DNA of 64,000 nucleotides from Podarcis gaigeae (taxonomy: Eukaryota): the NCBI GenBank assembly GCA_964106915.2, contig OZ066918.1. The stretch is one strand, 5' to 3'. The translations under genes and the position numbers were made by a program. Under the pieces are notes generated by a model. The model worked only from the letters and a program-made list of their open reading frames with translations, searched no databases and was not told the DNA's origin. This document shows positions 38,834 to 50,130 of this stretch, one piece after another. Positions within the stretch are counted from its first letter, which is position 1; each line of letters begins with the position of its first letter.

Positions 38834-39033
38834 CAGTGGTACCTGGGGTTACAGATGCTTTAGGTTATGTGATTTCGGGTTGCGCACCACGCCAAACCCG
38901 GAAATACCGGAACGGGTTACTTCCGGGTTTCAGCGCTTTGCGCATGCGCAGGAGCGCCTAATCATGACCCGTGTGTGTGCAGACGCGGCACTGCCTCCCA
39001 CACGGATCACATTCGCAACCCAAGGTTCCACTG
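38834..39033 (+). mobile_element. Tigger/pogo-like MITE family C, copy 1
   Basis: TIR CAGTGGTACCT/AGGTTCCACTG, TA TSD, CpG-rich core. Confidence 0.82.
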
Positions 39034-41244
39034 TATTTCTCCTTCCTTCCAACATATTACTTCATGTGCGACAGCTCACGCTATTCAGTGAGAGGCAACC
39101 CTCAACTCTGGCTTTTCCATGGTGCAAAGGGAAGCAACAGCAAGTAGGAAGTGGATAAATAGCATTGCAAAAGGAGAACTTGGTTCATGGTTCTCTTGAG
39201 TCATACACACTCTTATTTTGCTCTTTGAAGATCTCTTGCTATCTCTGCTATCTCTTGCTCTCTCCACTCCTTTCACTCTCTCAGAGTATTTGAAAGCATT
39301 GTCTTAAAACTCCCTACATCTTAATATCCTTTTAAAGGGGCTTGCTGTTTGTCCCACATTTTTAGGATGTGAAATATTTGACTGAGCATGGCAGAGCATT
39401 CTCTATACTAGCATCAAAATTGTGGTATAGGGTTTCCAAAGAGGCCTCTCAAGCATCTCAGACTAAATATTTTTCCCTACCCAATTTTTCAAACTTGGCC
39501 CAAAGTTTGTCCTAGCTTCTGATTTCATTTTGTAGCACCAGCTTTTTCATTTGATCTGTTATCACAGTGATGGGAGTTCAGTATACTCAGTTGCACTCCA
39601 GCCAATCACAAAGAGATGAGCTGCCTAGAATGTATAGCTAATTTTACTTTGTTTTTTAAAAGTATTTAAGAATTCTCTTCACATAGGAAAATTTTTTTTT
39701 CTTTTTTTTTAAAAAAGAAGTCCAATAATTAAGAGGATAAAGCTACAAATTATTTCTGGATAGCTCATTTACATGCCTTCACAACTCACAATCAGAGTCA
39801 GACTTCTCACAGAAGATAGGAAGGAAAGCTCCTGTATGTGTAGTGACCTTGAATAAAGCTGTAAAGTGAAGGAAGAGCATGATGCATAAGTGGGAGGAGG
39901 GTGGTGACCGGCAAAGAATGTGCCAAGTGCCCAGGTGGCGAAAGAGTAGAGTACAAATAGGTGGCTTGGCGAATATGGATACTCATGAATGTTAAGAAGT
40001 GCTAATAGGGAGCATTTAAAGAAGATAAATAGAGATAAGAGTAGCAAATTATACTTGTTAACCAATACAATTTTTATTCTTGTATAAAAGAAACGAAACC
40101 CAAATCTCCAGCACTCTTTTGACATGTGGATTATTTTATCAACAGGCCTCATTTTATTTGACCAAAAGTATACTGTTTCTGAACTTGCATGAAACATTAT
40201 AACCATTAGCATGAAATAGCTATAAAAAGACAACCAATCTTTTTTGAATAACAGAAACAGTTTATAGATGGTTTAAGTTGTCAGCACATAATTTTCTTTA
40301 CAGGGGATGCATTTGGGCATGACCTTTTATTAAAAAATGAAATGATAAAATGCTAAATTTGTTATCAAGTACACATGGAGATTATAAAGCGATCTCCTTT
40401 ACTTTTTTTACACTCTGATGAATATTAATTACTTATTTTTTATCTTTAAATACCCTTTGGCATTGTAATCATAATGAATGAGTACCATCCACCGTATTAT
40501 TTTTATTTATTTTTGACCAGGTGAGAGAAAGCAGTGAGTTACAGAAAATATATCTAATAAGGGATAGTGTGGAAAAAGTTTTGCCCATGATATATACACA
40601 AAGTCCCCAAAAGCAGGAAAAATCCTAAACTCTTTAACATGTCATATGAGAGTAAATGCCTCTGAAATAATTGTGGCTACTTCAGTCATTTATTTCATAA
40701 AATTTATATACCACTGAATTGTAAGAAAAAACCTCAAAGCAGTTTTACTTGACACTGACAAACATACACAGAACAGTCACAGACAGGTATGAACAGAATC
40801 ACAGAAAAGCAACTCCCAAGCTGTTTAATAATCCACTGTATTAAAAGCTGCAATTTACACGGAGTATGCTGACACCTCTTCTCTTGAGAGTGAATGATGC
40901 AGTCTTAGTTGCATAGGCAGTGGCACTTAGAGAACTGGTGTGTGGGTGTGGGTACACACACAAAATGTTCAACATGGTGTGCTTTTGTTCAGAGTTCCAG
41001 CTATTCCACTGCATTCACCCTCCCCTGCAGCTTACTGCCCCCCCCATCACCTAGCATTCGATGATTACTGAGCATGCCTGAGCCTAATTAGGATTAGGTT
41101 GGTTCTTTTGTGGAGAGGGGGTTAGGCTGGGGTGGGCACACTGGTGCCTAAATCCAACCTGCATTAAAATATTGGATTTCTCAATGGGTAGCTCTTGATT
41201 TCTACAGACAGCTCTCACTTGTGCTCCTTACATACATTTAAATA

Positions 41245-41486
41245 CAGTGGTACCTTGGATTACATACATTTCAGGTTACATACGCTTCAGGTTACAGACT
41301 CCGCTAACCCAGAAATAATACCTTGGGTTAAGAACTTTGCTTCAGGGTGAGAACAGAAATCGTGCGACGGCAGTGTGGCAGCAGCAGGAGGCCCCATGAG
41401 CTAAAATGGTGCTCCAGGTTAACAACAGATTCAGGTTAAGTATGGACCTCTGGAACGAATTAAGTACGTAACCAGAGGTACCCCTG
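41245..41486 (+). mobile_element. MITE family B, copy 5
   Basis: TIRs (slightly diverged) and TA TSD. Confidence 0.9.
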
Positions 41487-43462
41487 TATAGCTTATCACT
41501 GTGAACTTGGAAATAAGCTATCCAGTTTTGTCCAACCTTTCTACAATTCTATGATTCTATGTGGCTCTTCCTCCATCCTCTTTTCCCGGCCACTCCACTG
41601 TTCTCCATCTACCATACGACTGTTTTCCTCAAAACAATTCCAATGGCACTGAGCACACTTGGTCTTCATTGGACTGTTTTATCAAGTTATCCTCTCAGAG
41701 TTCTTTTTTCCTTATTTGTATACTTCTGCAAACCTTTGTGTTTTTCCAAGTCTACTAATATCTCCCTGTTGTTCATTTTGGTTTCATAGGCAACAGTGCT
41801 CAAAGGGCTCGATCATAATTAGAATGTAGGATGGACATATAAAATCACTTAGCCAAGAAAAAAACTGTTCAGATTGAATTACAATTGTGAATAAATTAAA
41901 ATACCTTGAGAAACAGAAGTTTCACTACCTGTGGTCCCCCCTGGAAACCATGGGGAGTACAGGCATTGCAACTTCATGAGAATTATGTTAAATCTCTCGG
42001 CAAAACCTTTTCAAATTTAATGAATACCTGATGGGAAGAAAAAAACTAGTTATCCTGTAAGTAAGCAATGCTTTCCATCTCAAAACAGCCAAAATAAAAT
42101 AATAATAAATCCAAGTTTATAATCCTATAATAAAATACATCAGCAGGGGAGCTTTAGAATATGGTATATTTTCATATACGGTGCAGCTAGTGTAGATCCG
42201 ATAGCACAGCTCCTTAGATACACCATGCAACTCCACATTACCTGATGTGAATCCACTAATAGAAAGCCCAAAACTGGCTAGAGAAAAGGGTTTGACAGGC
42301 TAAAGAGTGGACATATGCCACTCAGATCCTCATCCCACCTACAATGTTAGTATAATGCTACACTGACCATACATCTAATGTAAGCAAAAACTTACCTGCT
42401 GAAACAACAGAGAGCCAAAAATAAAATAAAAAATTCCTTCCCTCATCCTGCGTTGCCCACATCATCACAACAGAGTACAGAATTCAGCCCATCATAGTGC
42501 ATAAAGAGCAGTATATAAACCCTAGACAAGGAGACCGCATTTCAGGGGCACACAGATATATCTCGCAGACGCTGACCTCACATCATGCACACTGAGAACA
42601 CACAAAGAGGAACTATGGAAAAAGAGCACTCATATTTAAAAAAGTACCTCATGAAAACAGCATTGTCTCAGAACATATATTAGAAAGAGACTATTAGGAA
42701 AACTTCCTATCCCAGAACTGTTTCAGATGTTTTCAGCTGCTTCACCTTAGAACTCCAGACACAACAGCTACTGCCAAACCACTCTGATAATTAGATATGC
42801 AAGCTCCTCCTCTTGGTTGCATGGAAGGGGGATGTGAGCATGTGAGCCTGAGGCTCCCTAGAACACATACGCACCCTGTCATCATGTAAGCACAACCGTT
42901 GTCCATTGGATTCCATCAACAGACATGAAATAGCTATGACAGTAATTATGAATGAGTTGCCAAAACAATGAAGGCATTAACATTTCTACAATGCAAGTGG
43001 AGCTTTGCTAGATCTTATTAAGGATTTAAAACAACAGCTTGTAATTAACAGTTAATAAACTTAAAGAGGCATAGGACAACAGATTGATCACATCTTTATA
43101 AATCAGAACTTGCCACAAAGCCCATAAAGGGAATAATAAAAGTAATAAAAGGAAAAATTCATAACTGAAATCACAATGTTTAGCTGCAAACAGTTAGTCA
43201 GAATAAAATGCTGTCACAAACATTTTTAAAAACTACAATTTAAAATGATGACTGTGAAGAATTCCAGAATTAGTCTCTATTATGTACAATTGTAGAGCAT
43301 TTGCTCCCTTAAAATTCCTAATGTATAATTTTTATGAATTTAAAGAAAAAATATATTAACTGAAATATTTTTCTGTGATTTGGTCCTCTTTAGAGAGAAA
43401 CTTCTTAAGAAGTATTTAGAAAATTGATCATGTGTTAATTTCATAGGCAGTTTCAGCATTTG

Positions 43463-43772
43463 TTTGTTTTTTTAATGATATTTATTAACAGTTTAAAGAC
43501 TACAAAAGAAAGCAAAAGAATTAAACAAAACAATGCAATACAAAAACAAAAACACAACATGACACTAACACTAAAACATTGAATTAACAAAACAAAACAA
43601 AAACAATTTAAAACACATCCAATAGTTTCAATATCTTATCTTTCATTCACTTGTTTCAAAGACCTCCTCACACCTCCCTTTTTGTATTCCACTTCAATTA
43701 ACTGTTTCAGCAATTCCTTTCCATCTTCCTCTGTTTTCTGTCCTGTAATTTTTCTTAACATGTTCTAACCTT
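43463..43772 (-). mobile_element. 5'-truncated LINE (probably L1) 3' UTR
   Basis: T-tract plus TTTATT at the left end (poly-A and AATAAA on minus), strongly A-skewed body, flanking duplication (TC)AGCATTTG. Confidence 0.55.
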
Positions 43773-46700
43773 AGCATTTGAATGAACCTCAGCATTTGAA
43801 TGAACTCAATTTTTTTAGAGAGTAGACTGATTTAATAAAATAAACATTTCCTAGTGTCTCCGCTCATGGGAACAGCAATATTAAATTCCCAGTTTCTAAA
43901 AACTCTGGGTAATTTTGTTGCAGTTAACAGGAATTCACTGTCATGTGTTTGCTTAATTTAGATAATTCTCATTATTCTATTGAGAATAATACACATCATG
44001 GAATTTACAGGCATTGTTGCAATTCCAATCCATGTTCTGTGGAAATCAATGATCCTTTCCCCTTTACAGTCTACAAAAGCACCATGTTCTACACAGGACC
44101 ATTCCAAATTGGCTAATGACTGGAACTAACAATGAAACACAGATAAGAAGGGAAATCTCTGTTCATAAGGGGTTTCTGCAATCTTTGAAAGAAAAGCATT
44201 TCCACTTAGTATTACACTTCTTCTACCTCAGAACTTTCTCTAAAAGGCTTCAAAAGCTTTTTCCCATGCTGCATAAATCTCACAATGAAAGTCTTTCCAA
44301 ATTTTACATGTCGTATCCCACAGGGAAACTGAAAGAAGTTTGTATACTTATGAGATATTGAACAGCAACTAGTCTGTTTCTATATTCCATTTTGTGCATC
44401 ATACAGCAGCTGATATACACATGGTCCATTTCCTCATGTACACCAAACAGCAACAGGTGAAATAAATTATGAAAGAACCATAAAATTATGGTGGACCTTC
44501 ATTTCCCCCTGAATCTTCTATTTCTCTTAAACGCCAACATCTTTCAGTTTGGATTACCATGCTTACCACCGGGTTTTAAGAACTCTTAATTCTGGTTGAC
44601 TATCTTATTAATCACTGTCAAAGAAGTAGTTCATTAGGTATACAATGTGTTATGTGATATGTTTAAGACAAAACTAACATATTTAGACACAACATGTGGT
44701 AAAAGTAATTCGATGTGGAACTTACCATAAAGAAAAATGTAGCTTAGTAAGCTTCTGATTAGTTCTTTTTGCTGTTTCTTAATATGTGTGAACATCAATT
44801 TACTTCCTGTTTATTTTTACAAAAGTGGCAAGACGGGGGAGGGGGGGAGTTTATCTGACGTGTCCTTCATCTGCACTGAGGGGCGGCCTAAGGCAGTGGA
44901 AATCAAAATCCCAAAATGAGAAACTTATTTGTTATTTATATGAAACTTTCAAATACATATAAAATACCCACAAAGAAATGAAAATACGAAACTCATTTGG
45001 AAAGTCAAACCACTAGAAATATAATTATAAGCAAACTGTATCAAAAGCTTTTTTTGTTAAAAAGACTAATCCTACATCTTGATGCCTCACACCAGTCAAC
45101 AGAAAACAAAATAAATCAGTTTTAAATAACTAAACTGAAACTCAATAAGCAAATCTTACACTACTTTGTCTTAAATACTATGTCAAAAAGAGCAACTAAA
45201 TTAGATTATTTCAAGAGTTTCTTTTCTTAACTGGAAACCAAATCTGTTTTGGGACATAAGGTGCGAAAGGCCACATCTATTCTTGGTATTTCATTAAGTG
45301 AGCTTTCCCCACAACTCTTGCAGTACTTACTTTTCCCCAAAATGTTTGTTTTTAGGGAATTGTTGATAGGAAATCTTAATACTGTATCAACATATGTAAA
45401 ACAAAAACACTAATAGCATGTGGTCCTAAGCATGCTCATTTGGAAGAAATGGGAGTATAGAACTTATATAATCATTGTTCATATATTACAGTAAACTCTA
45501 TACAGGTCTTCTCACACGTCACACTGTGTACAAGGGGCAGGGAGTATAGAACTCATCTTAAAATCTGCAATCCATGAAAAGGCCCAGACTAAATCCTGAC
45601 ATTCCCTTGAAGGATTTATTCACACAGCTTTGTCATTTTTTTTCAACTTATAGTGGCTAGAAATTGGGAAAAAGCCAGATATGCTTAAATCATGTTGATG
45701 GCAGGATTATAAGGGACAATCCAATCTCTTGCTGCAGTCTTCCTTTCTTACTCCCACTGGTCTGAGAACAAAATTCTCCCAGAACTAACCTCTACTGTGG
45801 ATATCATGAAGGATGTGCACGCACATTCCTCAATCATACTTTTAAGTCTGGAATCCTATACACATTTACTTGGGTGCAATTCCCACTGTGCTCTATATGG
45901 CTTACTTCTGGTAGGCACATAGAGGATTTCAATTTAAGTCTGATTAAACTTGAAGTGGATTGCTGCCTCTAAAATTTGTTTCATTCAGTCCCTTCTGATG
46001 CTGTTTGTTTCCCATCAGTGTTAGTTCAATAATTTTTTTCCAACCGTGTACCACCACTGTAAATGCACCATAGATATCCAAGATCTATTGGTTTCGATTG
46101 CAAGCTCTGAAACATCGCGCTGCCACAACCTTCTGTCCTCTCTTCAGAACTCCGCTCACCCAGCCAGAATACAGCCAAATCCTTTTCATGTCTGTAATAC
46201 CATTGCCTAAACATGCCTATATACTGGTAATTTCATCCAGATTCCACATTCTTAAGGAGCGGCTGCTTTCCCCATCTGAGACCTAGGCTCTTCACTAATC
46301 CTCCACCCCCTAGGAAGTCAGATGTCCCAGTTTAAAAATCCTAAATCAGGTGGCATTTATGCATTACCACTCAAACAAAGAACAGGTGAAATAATGTAAT
46401 CAGTATATCGCAGGTGCCTAACCAAAACTGATATTATATTTGAAACACTGGAATACAAATCTACAACTGCAGGACATGGGGGATAAAGAGTTAACACAAA
46501 GTCCGCAGAAAGATGCTGCCTTGGCCAAGGCCACCCAGAGAGCTACACAAATTCAATATCTGAGCGGAGATTTGAAGCGTCTCCCACGAACACAGCACTC
46601 AGTATTTCTCATCATGTTTTAAATTACTTTTAATATGTAATAATTTGATTTGTTAGAAGATTTAAACTTCCATATTAATTTAGGATACAGGATGCTGCAT

Positions 46701-48949
46701 TCTTACTCCTTCTCTTCCTTGCAATTTCCCCACTACACAAAACCGTATTTTTCCAGATTAAAAACCACACCCCACAGCAAAAATTACTATATTCCATCTG
46801 AAATTGTACTCTTTCTATAAAATTAAATGTAAAGGTCTTAAATAAACCTTCTAATTATGAGATTTAGTCAATGGTTGTGTATAAATGAATATATAACTTT
46901 CAATGTATAATGCTTATAATTACACCTGTGAAAAATATTTCTGTCCAAAAGCGCAGAATACTTCCTTATCAGTATATTGGACTGAATTGCTCAGAGTTTA
47001 ATCAAGTTCTTTCCTATAAAGAGTTAAGACTGCTATTTCATTTGTTTTACTATAAAATAATAAACATTTTACCTGTCATTTTACATATTTTTACAATAAT
47101 ATCAATTTTTAACCATTTTATGAGTAGGAATATTAGAATACTGGTGAATCTTGTAAAAACAGTTCAATTCTGCTTCAGCAATATGAAAATAAATAGAGCA
47201 AAACAAAATGTATGTGATGACAATTAAGTACCTACAAGCAAAGCCATTTTCGGAACTTTTCTACATGTGTAAAAGTAATAGAAAATAACTAACAGTCAAA
47301 ATAATTTGAAGGCCTACTCTTTGAGTTGTTCCTCTAATAGCTGTTTTAATTTAACTTAATTTAATAGCATGTTCAGTTCGCAAAACACTTTTCAAAATTC
47401 TTATGCCAATCACTTTCTATATTATTTTCCAACTATTTCAGAAAATGAACCCAATAGCAACATGTATCTAATCATTTTCTGTTTACTACAGTTAATATTG
47501 AAGCATATTAATTATGTCAACATGCAAGAAGAGATTAAATTATGCAACGCAGTTACAAATACCGCGATCAAGTTCCACTGCCATAGATGGAAGTTTGACA
47601 TTTGCAATTTTACGCCATGCTGCCATGATAAAGAATGGCTAGAACTATCTTCTTTAGCTCCATTTTTTAAGACACATAATGATAGCAGGTTGTGTATTTC
47701 AGCATTAACCAACAAAAATGTTTCTGAAAAATATATTGTTTTAGACCACTATAATTTCTCATAAAGTTGTCGTGCTTAGGCTGTAATCAAAAACATGAAG
47801 AAATAAGCCCCACTGAACTCAGCGGTTCAGTGAGAAAATAGTTAATTCTGAGAAAATATGCAAAGGATTGCATGGATAGAAGAACAATCAGAAAATAATA
47901 TTGAAATATGCTTCCATCAAATTTTGTGATTGTGGAACCCCCCAAAATAATGTATAAGTAAGGTCTACAGCACCATACAATATTTTGAAGGCCCAGATCA
48001 TCTTTCTCAATGGGAGGCGGCTTTACAAGTGCGCAAATATTAAGAAAGCTAGGATTACTCCACAAACCACCACAGCCTTTCTTCTTTATACAGCAAATTC
48101 GATGAATCAACAGAAAGAACTACTTTCTCTGGGACCTCTAGGCAATGATATTAAAAGCTGACTTTTTACCACATGCAAAATTATTGCTCCACCATATCTT
48201 TTTTAGTCATCAAGGCAAATGATGACTCTTATAGCAACTTCTGCTATTGTAACCACTTTCCGATTTGTTTAAAATTTAGCCAGGATTTATTTTATACTAA
48301 TGTTCTAGCCAGATTTTTTTGGGGGGTGGGGTGGAATCCAATACATATAACCATTTTCCTTCAGGCCAATGGCATCTGTTACACAGTGTTATTTCAATTT
48401 CAGCTAATCTTCAGGCGTTTCATTTAATTAAGAAGAAAATACATAGAGCCCATGGGCAGATTAACATACCAATTTTCCTCCTTTCCTCAATGGATATATG
48501 TGGAAATTGAAATAGATCAGTCTGCTGTAATTATGCAAACTTTCTTATCAGTGTTTTTACGACCAGTACGATTGTAAAAAGCAAGCCCATTTCACCCACT
48601 GGGGTTGCTGCTCTTTACATACAGCAGCAACTTGTCCTGGATTTCCATTCCCGCACATCTAATTCCCATCGAGGCCTTAACAAGAGGAGCATTTAAAAAG
48701 TGGGCAAGAAACGCGAAAGCTGCAACATTAATATGTGAACAAGAAGAGTGTAGAAGAAACACCCTCATGCTTGTAAACATAGGATGAGCGAGACTTTCTC
48801 CCTAAAATAAAATGCAGCGGGCGACCAAAGCGGAGAAATAAAATTGAGCCACATCCATAGGATTTTATATATCAAAGAAAATCTCACGGCTGCTGCGGAA
48901 GGTCAGAAAGATTTTTTTAAAAAAATCCCTGGAGAATAAAATGGGGGTC

Positions 48950-50130
48950 CCTTTTTTTGTATGTGCCCCACGCGGAGATACTCCAGGGAAAGGAGGGGGA
49001 AAGACCGCTGAAGTTATTAAACAATCCCTGAGGGAAGCCTATATGCAAACAAACCTCGCTGGCCCTGCGCTGAAGAGGGAGGAGAGAAAGCGCCACCGAG
49101 CCGAAAGGGAAGCCCGGAGACCCCCCTCTTCGCCGTCTCTCTCTCCCCCCCCCCCCGCCGCCCTCCGCCCTCCTTGCCCCAAGCAACGTCCCGGCGCGGC
49201 TCTTACTTCTGGATGAGTTGGGGCAGGTTCGGCGGCGGCGGCGGCTGCATCCCCCTGGAGGGGCCGCCGCCGCCGCCTCCGGCTCCGGCTTGGAGAGGAG
49301 CCGAGGCGCGGGCATCTCTGCTCTCAGGCTGCTCGGGGCCATTGGGGTCCGGGGCCTGGTTCATGGCAGCCGCGGGGACCATTCAGGCAGCTGGCGGCGG
49401 GTCAGCCAGCACCACCCGAGCCTCCCTGGGAAGCCGCGGGGAGAGCGCCAGACACCCGACCCTGGCCGGGCAGCGTGTGCAGCAGGAACTCGACGCAGGC
49501 GGCGGCGGCGGTGGCGGCAAGTGCCCCTCGCGGCCGCTCGCCCTTCTGGAAGGTGTCTGCGCTGAGGGGGCAGCGGGAGGCTGCGGAGAGGCATTTATGG
49601 CGATGCCTGGTGCAGCGGAGCCAATGGAGGGAGGAGGGGCCCCCTCCTACGCCAGGACGGAGGCTTCTGGCCATGGCGGGGATTTTGCTGACGGGGAAGG
49701 GGCGCTGCAGTGAGGCGACGGGGCGCCCAGGACCTAGGATAGTCGTAAGAAGTCTCCCATAACGGACAGGGGAGGCTTCCATCATTTCCTCCTGGGACGC
49801 GCGGACCGAGAAATCCCCCGGGTCCGCCAACAGCGTCTCGGTCCCCCCCTGCGCGGCCTTCGGGGGGCGCAGCGGCGTGTTGTTTTCCTTCTCCCCTCAG
49901 GACGTTTTGGCGCCATTCCGCGCCTCGCGCCTGCACCCGCCAGAGGGTTTTTTTGGCGCGCGCAGCCTCTCTCGCGCGCACGTGGCGCCTGGCCCACTCG
50001 CGTCGCCCTCCTGTCCTTTGCGAGAGGTTCGCTCGCGTAGCCGCCTGCGCGCTTCTATTCGCCTGTGGGAATAAGGTGGCCTTTTCCTCGCGCCTCAAGC
50101 AGCGTTGTTTCGCCTCCTCAAGACAGCGTG
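48950..50130. promoter_or_regulatory. CpG island / RBM20 promoter and 5' UTR
   Basis: Abrupt GC- and CpG-rich segment in an AT-rich background. Motifs: CCAAT box (GAGCCAATGG, core 49621-49625), CATAAA/CArG-like CCATAAATGC on minus (49600-49591), T-box half site AGGTGT 49551-49556, E2F-type TTTTGGCGC at 49905 and 49951, E-box CACGTG 49979-49984. Confidence 0.88.
49207..49382 (-). CDS. RBM20: RNA-binding motif protein 20, first coding exon (58 codons + 2 nt, phase-2 intron follows)
   Basis: Hand translation gives MVPAAAMNQAPDPNGPEQPESRDARASAPLQAGAGGGGGGPSRGMQPPPPPNLPQLIQ-AA|GTAAGA. This is colinear with the recalled human RBM20 N-terminus. There is an in-frame TGA immediately before the ATG and a canonical donor at 49206-49201. 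It is absent from the ORF track because the unspliced ORF is only 59 aa. Confidence 0.93.

Larger units (their letters stand above)
1..49206 (-). other. RBM20: RBM20 intron 1 (partial; continues beyond the left edge of the window)
   Basis: Begins with GTAAGA at 49206. I found no sequence encoding the expected exon 2 start (AAKLLDKNPFS-like). Mammalian RBM20 intron 1 is known to be very long. Confidence 0.85.

Noticed and set aside
39769-40233. 154-aa minus-strand ORF with an acceptor-like TTTTTATAG at about 40221
   Set aside because: No similarity to RBM20 exon 2 or any family I recognise, AT-biased composition, and no good donor.
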